From positions 1,080,292 to 1,144,291 of the forward strand of contig NC_057731.1 of assembly GCF_004010195.1 (NCBI RefSeq): a DNA stretch of 64,000 nt, read 5' to 3'. The notes beneath the pieces are model-generated. The model was not told the DNA's origin, did not search any database, and worked only from the letters and a program-made list of their open reading frames with translations. The stretch is from Chiloscyllium plagiosum. Taxonomy: Eukaryota. Below are positions 24,190-37,377 of the stretch, one piece after another; position 1 is the stretch's first letter; each line of letters begins with the position of its first letter. The translations under genes and the position numbers were made by a program.

Positions 24190-24245
24190 GTAAATATCTC
24201 ACACGAATTCTTTAAAAACTTGTTACGTGAGTATCATGATTGATT

Positions 24246-25318
24246 TAAAGGATGAGATAAAGGGAGGGAGAAGATTAAATAGACAGCGAGAGAGACTTGA
24301 GACAGTAGACAGTAAGGTTAAAGCAAAAAGACAGATACATAAACAGTCATCCAATTACAGTTTATAAATGTACATTTACCAACTTTACCCCATTAATCAT
24401 GAGTGAGCATGAAAACAATGTTTATACATTCACAAAAAGAGACAGGTTGAGCATGATTGACGTGCTGCAATGAGTTTCAATGCCAGTGTGATGCCGGGTC
24501 CGTAGGTGATAAGCCTCGACTGATGGACCATCTTATCTCAGACGACACGTTGAACATTCACAGCTGGCATGCTGGTCGACCTCAACCAGCCTGTGTTTGC
24601 AATCCTCAAAAGTATATCCACAATTGGTTGTGATTCTACTATTGGAAATAATTTAATTACTTATTCGGACTGTGCTCGTTAAAATTAAAAGTCAATTTAA
24701 AACCATGAGACAGGCTTGCATTGGGATGCATTTGTGTGGGCTAGAAGTGACATACATAAATGCCGGTTTTATGGATGCAAAAGGAATTTGTAAACACATT
24801 GTGCACCTTTTTCATAAAACGAGAATCATGGAGACAACTAATCTATTCTGCATCCACACGGCAATACCCTGACCAATCAGAATCCACCTGGTTTGACAAT
24901 TAAGATTGCTGGTTCACTGTTATTGCTGTATCTCCATGTCACTGATGGCCCAACCAATCAGAACCCTCTTCTCATTCGATATAAGATCATGTTCCTTTTT
25001 GGAAGGCTGTTTCTTACATCCAATTTCTGATGAAGACAAGACAAGAAGCTTCAACTGCTTGTCAATATTTAACAAAGTTAAACAAAATTCTGTACTACTA
25101 AGCAGCAATGTTTATGTGGGGATGCAGGTAATCTCATTTACCCCATTAATCATGCTCACTCATGATTAATGGGGTAAAGTTGGTAAATGTACATTTATAA
25201 ACTGTAATTGGATGACAGTGTTTATGTATCTGTCTTTTTGCTTTAACCTTACTGTCTACTGTCTCAAGTCTCTCTTGCTGTCTATTTGATCTTCTCCCTC
25301 CCTTTATCTCATCCTTTA
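24246..25318. repeat. Inverted repeat: arms 24246-24412 and 25150-25318
   Basis: Arms are reverse complements with few substitutions and one 2-nt indel. Confidence 0.92.
24413..25100 (+). mobile_element. Decayed Penelope-like element 3' end (GIY-YIG remnant, CCAAT/TATA pLTR, CTGATGAAG)
   Basis: EFQCQCDAGSVG... and CDSTIG...FKTMRQA...LEVTYI remnants; ccaatcag x2, gatataag, tctgatgaag at ~25026. Confidence 0.6.
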
Positions 25319-25540
25319 TTCATTGTCATGGATTGCTCCATTCTCCTCACACATTTTGGTTGCATATCTTGTCTTTATCTCCAAGTTGCTGCTTTTGCCT
25401 AGTTTCATGTTGCGTTTATGCCTCCTCAGGTAGTGTCTCCTGCTGATTTTGCATAACCTTTGGTGCATATTATGGTGTTATCCAAGTCCATGGGGTCAGT
25501 TTCATGGATGTTGATGGCACTGAGCATGATCTCGTGACTT

Positions 25541-25733
25541 CAGTCTGTTCTGCTATAACCTATGTTTCCTTCAACGCGATTGGTTTTAATGCGATTGAAG
25601 AATTTAGACCGTTACTTGTAGAATTTAATTGGCTATAATGTGATTCCGGCCCCATTATTGTAAATGGGGCAGCTATTATACAATTTTCTTACAACATAAG
25701 ATCAGAACTATCACATCATATCAGAATTGACTG
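25541..25733. mobile_element. MITE of Tc1/mariner-pogo type (193 bp)
   Basis: Imperfect TIRs CAGTCTGTTCTGCTAT / ATATCAGAATTGACTG, TA after the right end, internal palindrome GCCCCATT..AATGGGGC. Confidence 0.6.
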
Positions 25734-26154
25734 TACCCGAATCGACCCTCTAGTTTTTTTGCACCATCTCCAAATGCTTGCTGGCATTAAGTCACAGAAG
25801 AACTTCCTCTGCCTTTATGCTGACACAACCATAACCAAAGCCTACATTTGTCCAGTTTCAAATCCGTTTCCTTCTTTGCTCAAAGATATGGAACATAGAA
25901 TGACGTTGAAGCTTTCATTTCCACATGATCGGTCCCAATATTTGCTTTAATACACTTCCGCAACTCTTTCAACTTCTTCCCTTCTTTCGGAGAGTCGGTG
26001 TGGACTTATTGGGCCGAAGGACCTGTTACCACACTGTAAGTAATCTAATTTAATCTATCTAAATCTTGGCCAGTGTTGCCTTTTGTAGCTTTACATGGTC
26101 CAAGTTCCCATCTGCATCAAAGCCCATCCTCTGGGAATTCTATGCCTTTAATTA

Positions 26155-27640
26155 AATTCACTCATGAATTGTGGGCATCGCTGGCTGGTCAACATTTATT
26201 GGCCACCCTAGTTGCCCTTGAGAAGACGATGATGAGCTGTGTTCTTGAACCTCTGCAGTCCATGTGCTGTGGGTAGACCCACATTACCATTAGGGAGAGA
26301 GTTCCAAGGTTCTGACCCAGCGACAGAAGGAACGTCGATATATTTCCATGTCAGGATGGTGAGTGGCTTGGAGGGGAACTTGAAGGCGGTGATTCACATA
26401 TATGTGCTGCCCTTGTCTTTCTAGATGAAAATGGTTGTGGGTTTGGAAGGAGCTGGAAAGAATCTTTAGTAAATTTCTGCAGTGCATCTAGTAGATAGTA
26501 CACACTGCTGTTACTTAGTATCTGTGGTGGAGAGAGTGGATGTTTGTGGACATGGTCTGCTTTGTCCTGGATGGTGTCACGCTTCTTGTGTTGTTGGAGT
26601 TCCACCTATCCAGGCAAATGGGAACTATTCCGTCACACTTCTGACTTGAGGCTTGCAGATGGTGGACAGGCTTTGGGCTTTGGGGAATCATGAGGTGAGT
26701 TACTCACTGCAGTATTCAGAGTCTCTCTGACTTGCTTTTGTAGCCATGCATTTATTATAGCAAGTCCAGTTGAAATTCTGGTCTCGGTAACCCCCAGGAT
26801 GTTGATTGTTTTGGCTTCAGGCGATGGTAACACCATTGAATGTCAAATTGGTTAGATTTTCTGTTATTGGTGAAGGTCATAGCCTGGCATTTGTGTGCCA
26901 CGAATGTTACTTAGCACTTGTCAGCCCAAGCCTCGATATTGTCCAGAATTTGTCACCTTTGAACATAGACTGCTTCAGTATCTGAGGAGTCACATATGGT
27001 GCAATTCTGAAAACACTGTGCATTCATTGGTGAACATCCCCATTTCTGACATTGATGAAGCACCTGGTGATGGTTGGATCTAGGACACTACCCTAAGGAG
27101 CTCCTAGAGAGATGCCCTGGAGCTGAGATGACTGACCTCCAACAACCACAACCATCTTCCTATGTGTCAGGTTTGACTCCAATCAGCGGAGAGTTTGCCC
27201 CCCCCCCCCCAATTCTTATTTATTCCAGTTTTGCCAGAGCTCCTTGATGCTATGTTCGGTCAAATGCAGCCTTGATGTCAAGGGCTGTCACGCTCACCTC
27301 ACCTCTGGCATTTAGCTCTTTTGTCTGAACCAAGGCTGTAATGAGGTCAGGAGCTGAGTGACCCTGGCAAAACCCAAACTGGCCATCACTGAGTAGGTGC
27401 TGCTTGATAGCACTTGATGATGCTTTCCATCACTTTACTGATGATTGAGAGGAGATTGATGAGGCAGTAATTGGTTGGGTTGGATTTAACTGCTTTTTGT
27501 GACATAACTGGGCAATTTTCCACATTGTCAATACATAACTGTACTGTAACAGCTTGGCTAGGGGAACAGCAAGTTCTGGAGCACAAGTCTTCAGTACTAT
27601 TACCAGAATGTTGTCAGGGCTCGTAGCCTTTGCAGCATAC
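26155..27640 (-). mobile_element. Decayed CR1/L2-clade LINE (RT region to 3' end)
   Basis: KATSPDNILVIVLKTCAPELAVPLAKL, SNPTNYCLINLLSIISKVME, TINILGVT remnants; same family at ~2040-3500, ~10300-11610 and ~20040-20450. Confidence 0.75.
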
Positions 27641-29082
27641 CACTCGGTCATTGCCTCCTCTGGGTGGTCCTTTGCTTTGCTTCAGATTTGCACAGTCCAG
27701 CAGAGTCATGTTCTAGAGGTATAAACTTCATCCTGTGTTGCACCTACTAATTTGAATGCTGTAATGCTGAGGTTACTTTGCATTAGTATAAATGCATAAG
27801 TCCACTGTCTTGATGATGATAAAAGTAAACAAATGGAAAACTAATACTTCCAGTTGAAAACTAATAACTTCATTCATTGGAAATGGCTTAAAAGTCTTTG
27901 TATTTCACTGCAGAGCACAATTTTCTGTACAGTCACCCTGCAATGACTTTGTTGCTTTATACTATAATGTGTGCATGATTCTTTGTCACAAATAATTCTC
28001 AGACCTTTTTGGCTTCATCCAAATTCACCGATATTTCTCCCAGTTTTCTCTGCTGCAGGCACATATTTGTCTGCTTCTCATCTTCACAGCCTTCATTGAA
28101 CCATCATGATAAGCCTTTTCTCCTGCACTTTCAAACTTGATTGGCATCCTTCTGTGCCTATCAAAGATCTGAGGACTTGCATTTGAGTCCATGCTTTACC
28201 TCTTTCGATGTTTGGCATTACCTGTTTAGATCCTTAATTGCTATCCTTTCCACTGCTGTGTTTTTTCTTTTATTTGCTCATGGGATGTGGGTCACTTGCT
28301 CGGCTAGTGTTATTGTTCAAAGGGCCATTAACAGTCAACCACATTTCTGTAGGTCTGGAGTGACATGTCGGCTAGACCAGGCAAGGACAGCTGATTTCCT
28401 TCCCTAAAGGACATTAGTGAACCAGAATTTAAAAAAAAAAATTGTCAGTGATTATGTGGTTGCCATTAGACTAGCTTTTTTATTTCATAAATTTTTAAAT
28501 TGAATTTAAATGTCTTCATCTATCATGGTGGTATTTGAGCTTGCGTCCTCAGAACCATAAACTTGCGGTTCTGGATTAATTGTCCCGTGAAACGACTACT
28601 AAGCCATCGCCTCTCCCCCAAAACAATTGGTATACAGTATACTGCTTTAAAAAAAAACACTGACTCCTGTTTGCTACAGTAACTGGTAGAACAATGTGAT
28701 CTATTCAGCATTGCACCCCTTTCCGTGACCTACTCTCAGTAATATGGATCCAGAAGGCTTACCATGATGTGGTAGCACTTGAATTGTTGATTTACGAGGT
28801 TTTAAATAAGCTTCTGCTGAACTAGTGCAAACTCTGTCCTTATTAAATGTAAGGAGGATTTGCTGCAAAATTGATTCATGGAGTGAGGAGGTAAACAGTT
28901 TAAAGAGTAGGGAGTTCATTGAGCATCTTGAATAGGCTCACCCAATATACTCAGAATTTTAGAAGCCTAGTCAGATAAAAATCTCATCCTTGATGAAATT
29001 GTGTATTAAGTATATGTTAATTCAATATTAATATCTGAACTCCTTAAATTTGAGAACAATTCCTTGTATTTTTATTACACAG

Positions 29083-29230
29083 GAGATTTATCCTGGCCAG
29101 TTCCAGCCATCTCTTTGCCACAAATTTATAGCTTTGCTGGATAAGCAAGAAAAGCTGCTGCGGAATTACACCCAGAACATCGACACCCTGGAACAGGTTG
29201 CTGGCATTGGCAGGATTGTCGAGTGTCATG
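29083..29230 (+). CDS. SIRT1: Sirtuin 1 exon 5 (148 nt; TQNID motif and catalytic His)
   Basis: acacag / gttagt. EIYPGQFQPSLCHKFIALLDKQEKLLRNYTQNIDTLEQVAGIGRIVECH(G). Confidence 0.97.
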
Positions 29231-30098
29231 GTTAGTTGAGGATAATCTCTTAACTAGGTACTAAAATTACTGAATGAGTCTTCCTCCACTATACCCTATC
29301 CAACTCTGCTCCCTTACCCTAGATATCTCTTGCTGATCCCCCACATCCTGGGCAATTACATGCTTTCATGAGCAGAAAGCATTGTAGTTTGTTTGCTGCT
29401 TTTTTGTTTGGTAAGATCCAAATATAATAAAAGCAGTTCTGAACAATTACAAGTCAGGGAATGTGTTGCACTGCTGTTAAGCACATTGTCTCTGTGACCT
29501 TGCATCTCAAGTACAAGGTTACATGGCTCCAGTCACTGGCATGTGTTTGAAAGCTAGCATTCCACACCACTTTGGCATTGTGCCATTTATATTCTGTTAT
29601 TTCTGGCTTGGCCTGGCAGATGATAGGATTGTTTAGGGGGCCAGGCTCTTTAAACACATTAGAGCTTACAGATATTTTGTAATCAACATGTTCAGTGATG
29701 TATTCTCACACCTCTGGAGTAGATGGGAATTGAACCTGGGCCTCCTGGCTCAGAGGATGCTACCACTGTGCCACAAAAGCCCTCTTTGGAGTTTAATGTA
29801 CTGGAGGAGAGCCAGGATTTAGCAAAAGTTAAAGAGAGACTATCTTTATGATTCTACATCCAAGAATGTTATTTTGAAAATGTTATATTGCTGAAGTGAT
29901 GGTGTAAATTTTATGTGTGAAATGTTGGATGACTTTATCCTAACATCACTTTAGAGGAACCATTATTTGGATCAGTTTACAGCTTTGGATTGGCAATACT
30001 TTCCAGACTAAGCTTTTAGGCATTATTAAATCTGTGTGAATTTTTGTTCTTGATTAGTAGCAAAACTGTTGCTTTATTTTCTGGAAACTTTTCCACAG

Positions 30099-30178
30099 GC
30101 TCATTTGCGATGGCTTCTTGTTTGATGTGCAAATATAAAGTTGATTGCGAAGCAATCAGGAAAGATGTTTTCAACCAG
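30099..30178 (+). CDS. SIRT1: Sirtuin 1 exon 6 (80 nt; first CxxC of zinc module)
   Basis: ccacag / gtaaga. SFAMASCLMCKYKVDCEAIRKDVFNQ. Confidence 0.96.
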
Positions 30179-30489
30179 GTAAGAATAAGCCTGTTTGTTG
30201 AATATTTATTATAGTTAGTGTTTGAAATCATCAGGGGTTGAGGCATGTAATTGGGCCTGCCTCTCCTTTCCTCAACTAATAAAGTTGAGATGCACTGGCT
30301 TGAAGTTTCTCCCTGCCCAGGACCCTGGCTGATTTTGGACTGCTGTCCGTGCAGCTTTTATACGAGACAGTGGGGGGGGCACAGATAACATCACACTGGT
30401 TTTTCATCTACTGTTTGGTTGCTAAATATGGAGACTTGACAGTTACCACAGTTCACATGGTCAACCCCATTCTATCTTCTAATATTTTA

Positions 30490-31435
30490 GACCATAAGAC
30501 AATAAGAAATAGGAACAGGAATAGGCCATTCGGCCCGCCAAGCCTGCTCTGCCATTCAATAGGATCGTGGTTGATCCAATGTTCCTCATGTCCGCTTTTC
30601 TGCCTTTTCTCCATAACCCTTGATTCCCTCACTGATCAAGATTCTTTATATCTCAGCCTTAAATATACACAAGGACTCTGCCTCACAGCTCTCTGTGTGG
30701 CAAGACATTCCAGAGACACTGAACCTTCACAGAAGAAGTTCCTCCTCATCTCAGTCTTAAAAATGTACCCCTTTATTATGAGACTATACCCTCTGGTCCT
30801 AGACCTTTCCATGAGGGGAAATAAATCTCTCAGCATTGACCCTGTCAAGCCCCTTAAGAATCCAATATGTCTCGATGAGATCATCTCTCACTCTTCTAAA
30901 CTCAAATGAGTAGACTCCCAATCTGTTTAACTTTTGCTGATAAGACAATCCCTCCATATCTGGGATTATCTGAGCGAACTTTTTCTGAGCAGCTTCCAAT
31001 GAAACAATATATTTCCTTGAATAAGGGAATAAAAACTGGTGACAATATGCCAGATGTGGTCTCACCATCACCTTGTACACTTGCAATACGACTTCACTAC
31101 TCTTATATTCCAACCCCCTTAAATAAGAGCCAACACTCCATTAGCCTTCCTGATTATCTCCTGCTCCTGTGTGCTAGCTTTCTGCGCATCATGCACAAAT
31201 ACCTTTATATTGCAGCTTACTGCAGTTTCTCTCAAATTAAGTAATATTCAGTTCTTTTGTTCTCCCTTCCAAAATGAACAACTCCCACTTGCCAAATTTT
31301 TGCACTCACTTAACCTGTCAAAAGTCTGTGTAAATTGTTTGTATGCATCTTGCAACCTATCTTTCCATCTAATTTAGTGTTAACTGCAAATGTGGCTAAA
31401 GTGTGTTCGCTTCCTTCCTCCAGGGCATTAATATA
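30490..31435 (-). mobile_element. CR1 LINE 3' fragment (SIRT1 intron 6)
   Basis: YKVMVRPHLAYC, LGVYSFEFRRVRDDLIETY, SRTRGYSL, FKTEMRRNFF. Confidence 0.85.
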
Positions 31436-31575
31436 TTGCCGCACTGGATTGGCTGGAATTTTTATACCAGGGCTAATTTAGAGACCAGTACATGTTTTGT
31501 TGAGAAATGTGTATCTCTAAATAAGCAGAATAGCTTGTCATGTGGAACTAATTTGTGTATTCCATTCCTCATCAG

Positions 31576-31762
31576 GTAGTGCCCCAGTGCCCAAAATGTC
31601 CACCTGATGTTCCTCTTGCAATTATGAAGCCAGATATAGTATTCTTTGGAGAAAATCTACCAGAGCAATTCCACAGAAGTATGAAATATGACAAAGACGA
31701 GGTTGATCTCCTAATTGTGATCGGATCTTCCTTAAAAGTGCGGCCAGTGGCCCTCATACCAA
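31576..31762 (+). CDS. SIRT1: Sirtuin 1 exon 7 (187 nt; second CxxC, FGE, GSS motifs)
   Basis: catcag / gtaaga. [62 protein letters not shown](S). Confidence 0.97.
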
Positions 31763-34024
31763 GTAAGAAATTCCACCCTTCAGTTAGATCCACATTGATG
31801 GCTTGTGCTGCTCAGGTGCAATTATAGGCAATACATTTTGAAATCCAGAAAATTGAAGGTCACTGACTTGAAACATTACTTCTATTCTCTCCACAGCAAC
31901 TGCCTGACCTTCCAGTATTCTCTTAATATTTGAAATACTGAAGTTGGGTATCACATTCAAAACATTTCAAACAGTGCCACATGGTACATAAGGGCCTGCT
32001 TGGACGTGGTGCTTTTTGTGTCCAAGACCCATCCCTCTACTGCTTTCAACAAAAGTCTAGCTTTCGATACTTAGTTAAATTTGCACTCAAAGCTTGGGTT
32101 CTTCGTATGGCATGTTCTGTATAGAAGTGTATTTGGTTTATGTCATGTTACATATGGCTTTGCAACCGTTACATAGTCTGCTAGTCATTGCTTTTTGCAT
32201 AAACTTTGAAGTAGATGAAAATGCTGTTCTGTTTTTAATCAACTCGCTTCAACAAATCTTAGTTCAAAACTGGTCAGTAGTCTGTCAATTGTAGAATTTG
32301 GGATTTCTCACTTACACTGATATATCTTTTGGCTATAAGGCATTTATGAGCTTTGGTGATCTCAAGCTAGTAAATCATGGTCATACCTTGAAGGAGAAGG
32401 GCACCAGATCCATGTAGGAAACACTACCTGCAAACTCCAAACCCAGCCACACTGCTTCCTGACTTGGAATTGTACTGCTCATTCTTCACTGTCAATGGGT
32501 TAAAACTGAAAATCTCCTTTGCTAACGCCAGTGTGTGTGTCCCTGCTTGCCAAGTATAACAATGGTTCAAAATGGTAGCTCACCCACACCTATGGGATAG
32601 GTAATAAATGCTAGCCTGGACACCCATGTCCTATGATTAAATATTTTAATTTGAGAGGGCAGAAAGGCCTCACAGATGTGTGGGCAAGAGGGATATTGTT
32701 ACAATTGTGCCATGCTGTTCTGAACATTGGGATGTTGTTAATGCTGAGTGAAGGGAGATGTATTCTTCAGAAATTGGAGCACTCACTCCACGCAAATTGT
32801 GCAAGTCCAAAATGAACATTGAAAGTAATTTCACATTCTTTGTATGAATTGCTGATTGGAAATCTGATTTGTTTCTTTCTCTCTCACAGTGAGAGCGAGA
32901 GAGAGAGGATACCTGTGGAAAATATCCACCTACTTTGTTTTAATGTCTATTGTGTATTTGTTACAAAGTTCAGCAGAAGTTTTCCTTCTGTTGATGGTGG
33001 TTGGCATGTGCAGTTGATGAAATTGAGCTTTAAATGTCTTTGCTTTTCAGAATATAGTGATTTATGTTGGCATGCACTGGTGGCCAATTTTGAAAGTGTG
33101 AGCAGTACATGTGGCACATTGTGACTATTTACAGCTGAAGGTGAAACAAATTACAACCTAAAGTCACAGAGCCATATTGGACTTGAAACATTCATTCAGT
33201 TTCATTCTCTACAAATGCTGCCAGATTTGCTGAGTTTCTCCACATCTGTCATACATTATTGAGTATATGCTGTCAGCCAGGTTTTCAGTTTGGTTTATAA
33301 CTTGCTTAGACCCTGGCCCTTAGGAAATGAGATAAATTAACTCCTTCAGCTACTGTCCAGCCAATTTAGTAGTATTGAGAAATGGTTTTAGTGTTTTTAG
33401 GTACGCGCAATTCAGTGTCACTTTAAGGGGTTATCAAAGAAAATGGGTTGCTTCAAACTGAAGCCAGTTACTTTTCCTGTATTCTGATCATGGGGTACAG
33501 GTGTCTCGGGCATCTTCAGCATTCGTAGCCGAGCCAGAAGGTGGTTGTGGTGAGCTGCCTTCTTGAGCCGCTGCAGTCACCATGGTGTTGGGGCACCCAC
33601 AGTGCTCCTGAGACGGTGTTCCAGGATTTTGACCCCCCCCCCCGGCAGTGAAGGAATGACAGTAACACTTGTTTATTGCAATTGTTTCAGTTTGTAATTT
33701 ATGATCTGAAATTGGCAAATGGTTATGTGTATTTCCAAATCCTACTTGTGAGTGGAAGGAGAGCTGCAGGTACAGGAAGTTTTGAAAGAAAAGTCGGATA
33801 AGCTGGAAAAATCTAACCGTTTTGATCAGTATTGTGGAAGGAAGAGGCAAATTGAAGTTTCAAGTATGAATCCTTCATCACACTCCGATATACACCTTGA
33901 AATGATAATTTGGCATTCTCTGTACAGGTCAGAATTTCCAGGCATTACCTCCATTGTTTAGTTGTGTACTTTTGTAGTCTTCTATGTAGTATGATCCTAA
34001 CTCGCTCTCTCGATTTTTATACAG

Positions 34025-34615
34025 GCTCTGTACCACACCATGTGCCTCAGATACTCATTAATAGGGAGCCCTTGAATCACCTGAACTTTGATGTGGAACT
34101 GTTGGGCGACTGTGATGTTGTCATTAATGAGCTATTTCATCGTTTGGGTGGAGAGTTTGAAGAACTTTGCAGCAATCCCATAAAGCTGACAGAAATCACT
34201 GAAAAGCCCCCACGATTGCAAAAAGAGTCAAAATGTCCCTCGTTTGATCTTCCACCCACGCCTCCCATTTTAACAGAAGATTCTAGTTCATGTGAACAAG
34301 AAATAGAGTCTCACAGATTGACCGCAAGAAAAGTTTCTATCACTAAAAGTTGTGAACCTGTTGGAGAATCTACTACAAGTTGTGCAGATGAAAATCCAGA
34401 GCAATCTGAGGTAGAAAAAGATCTTCATGAGAAGGAACTGGAGAGCAAGAGTTCTGTGGAGGAAAGTTTTGGAAATTGCACTGACGAACCTGTTGAGGAT
34501 AATTGTCCAAACCCAGGGCATCATGTTCCAAGTAATATAAAGCATACTAAAGAAGTCTTCAAAAGAGAATGGAGCAATAAATATCCAAAAGAACAAATCA
34601 GCAAAAGATTAGGTG
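34025..34615 (+). CDS. SIRT1: Sirtuin 1 exon 8 (591 nt)
   Basis: atacag / gtaagt. SVPHHVPQILINREPLNHLNFDVELLGDCD...TEKPP...DLPPTPP...KEQISKRLG; length keeps phase 1/1. Confidence 0.95.
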
Positions 34616-36269
34616 GTAAGTCTTGCCTGTAGACGTTTTGTGTGTCCTTGACTGTTGATATATTCCATGCACTGGACAATAAAGGACAGTGACCAATGCT
34701 GTGTTCACCAGCAACCCACCAGAAATATTAGCACACCAATGTATAAAATCAGCTTCGGGAGCTGCTGATTGCTGGTGATTACCTTGTCCATGTTCAGTAT
34801 TGTATTTATAAATACATGGACCTGGACATTGACTGTAGCTATTTGAGCATATTTGAGCAGCCAGGATCAGTACTGTCCTCACTTCCAACACTGGATAACA
34901 ATTAGAAGTGCACATCTTTATTGTTGCCCTCCTTGCCCATCCTTAACCGAGATGATACCAGTTGTAATAGTTCCACTAGTTGAGCTTGGTAACCACAAGA
35001 CTTTGTATGTGAGAGAGGGGAGTGGAGAGTAGGGACCAGTCTTAATTATTTTCAATCAGTGTGTTTGGCCATGTTATGACACATGACTAGGATAGGTGGA
35101 ACATGAACCCAGACCTTCTGGCTCAGAGATAGGAGCACTACCACTGCACCACAAATGTAACTGACCAAGTTGCTGGTGAAAGAACTTTGAAAGCAGCAGA
35201 GAATATAGTTCAGCCAAAAAATAACGATAGCAAAGTTTCCTGCTGCAGGGGATGAGAAAAGAGTTTGTGTTAATAAGGAGGACAGCCTGCAGCCATTGTC
35301 TAAACTGAGGCGTTTAATGAATCTGAGCATGCCCCTTTGTTGGTGGTTCACCCTAGTTATGGTGAATTGGTAACTCATGCTTGTGAAAATTCGTTTGAGT
35401 GTCCGAACCAAACTACAAAACCATTATACTTCACTGATGTCATCACAAGCAGCAAGATGTGAATAATACCCAATACAGTGTGACAGAATATAGCACTGCC
35501 TCAAGTGAGTGACCCAAGTTAACGCAGCCAAAATCATAGAATCACAGGATAGTTATGGTGCAGGTCGAGACCATTTGGCCCTTAGTACCAAGCAACAAGC
35601 CTTCAGGACACTCACAGCTGGAGAGAACAGTGTCTGTCCCCAAAATTATACTGTACCCTACCACAACTAAATCCTCATTTCCTCCTGCCCTTGAATGGCT
35701 CCCAGCACAGCCTTGTGTTGTGCATTGGGACCATGTGGAAATCCTGACCTACCTGACTCAAGGGAAGTACACAGGAAACTCCCCCCATGTCTGGAATCTT
35801 CTGAGAAAGGACTTAAAGTTAGAAAATTCAGAGGGTTCTGACTTAATTTAATAGTTACCCAGAAGAAGTTCGAAGATTCAATACCTAGTCTGACTCCCTA
35901 TAACTATTAACTCAACCTCTGACACACTGCTGACTGCAAACCCTCATCAACCACTCCCACCCAACCCAAAACCCTCAATCCTCCCCAATCTGCCAGATCC
36001 TATCCACCTGGTTGCTTGCCTTTGCTTTTTCACTGTAATCTTTAAACAACTGACACCGTTCAGTCCTGTGAACAAAAAAGGGCTATGTCTGAATTGCTGC
36101 TCCTGTGCTAAGTAGTTTACTAGTTTACTCCAATATCCAGGACAGACTGGTCTCTGAATGTTAACCAGCTGTATACCAGCAGGTAAGTGGGTAATCGAGA
36201 AAAGATGACTATCAGTCAAATTTGTTCAGGGCCATTGTCCAGCAGAAGAAACTGCTCCCAATTTTGCAA

Positions 36270-36432
36270 AAGTGTCACTAGATGTTTTTGTATCTCCTGA
36301 TCAAACAGATGGATCCCTAAGTTTTCAACAAATCCAAAAGCTGGCCTCTCAGGCAGGGTACCCCTCCCTCCCTATTGCAGTGTGTTGTCAATCTTGATTT
36401 TGTGCTCAGGTTTCTGCTGTTGGTCTTCGTGA
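36270..36432 (-). mobile_element. Old DeuSINE (AmnSINE/SacSINE-like) Deu-domain remnant
   Basis: ...acagatgg..ccct..gttt..aaca..tccaaaag..ggc.cctc...ctccctc...tgtca..ct.gattttgtgctca.. resembles the recalled Deu domain; a similar piece lies at ~5230-5420. Confidence 0.5.
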
Positions 36433-36644
36433 CCTAGCTCAGCCAGTAGGTAGGTAAGACTCTCATCTACAGTTAACTCCAAGAATGATTACACATTTGC
36501 AGGACATCTGTTAGTTTGGTGACTTTTAAGTGGAAACAAAGATTGGAAATAAAGTGACAAACTTTCCAAAGGTATTCCCAGTCTCAAAGATGGTTATTCT
36601 CCGTGAGACTGGAATGTATGGATCCTGCAGGTTAAAATGTCAGG

Positions 36645-37085
36645 TTACAGAATGTTGCTGTTGGAGGGTTTGACCAACAGCAAGAGGCTGAATAGGCTGG
36701 GACTATTTTCCCTGGAGCATCAAAGGCTGAGGGGTGACATTATAGAGATTTATAAAATCATGAGGGGCATGGTTAGGGTGAATAGCTAAGGTCTTTTTCC
36801 CAGAGAGGCCATAGGTGTAAGGTGAGAGGGGAAAGATTTAAAAGGGACCTAAGGGGCAATTTTTCACGCAGAGGGTGGTGTGTGTATGGAATGAGCTGCC
36901 AGAGGAAGTGGTAGAGGCTGGTACAATTACAAATTTAAAAGCATCTGAATGGGAATATGAATAGGAAGGGTTTTGAGGGATGTGGGCCAAATGCTGGCAA
37001 ATGGGACTAGATTAGTGTAAGATATCTGGCCGGCATGGATGAGTTGGATTGAAGGGTCGGTTTCCATGCTGTAATTCTACAATTC
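36645..37085 (+). mobile_element. CR1 LINE 3' fragment (SIRT1 intron 8)
   Basis: LGLFSLEHQRLRGDIIEIYKIMRG and typical 3' UTR. Confidence 0.8.
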
Positions 37086-37377
37086 CATGAAACAAGCAGA
37101 TTTCTTCTGTCTCTGGAATGTGTTTTTGCACATCCAAATCTTACAGTTTGGTGCAATGTACTATAAATAAAGTAACAAAGAACTTTGTGCCTTGTTGTCT
37201 AAGAGTTTATGTTACCTCCCAATAATCAAATCCCAGTATCTTTGTGGAACTCCTCAGGGCTAAGCTTTGCACATTGTATGTTGCAAATTGAGCTGCTGGG
37301 GAAGGGATATATCTGACTATTGCGTATTTGTAACTTAGCACAGTGACCTTACAACATTTTCATTTCTCAATTTTCAG

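Noticed and set aside
33910-34024. ORF-track N-terminus ahead of SIRT1 exon 8 (same issue for ORFs at 29050, 31555, 52231, 59337)
   Set aside because: Intronic read-through upstream of clear AG acceptors; no homology.
34613-34620. Alternative donor 3 nt upstream at SIRT1 exon 8 (GTGGTAAG)
   Set aside because: The downstream GTAAGT is a perfect consensus and matches the human position; the upstream GTGGTA is weak.
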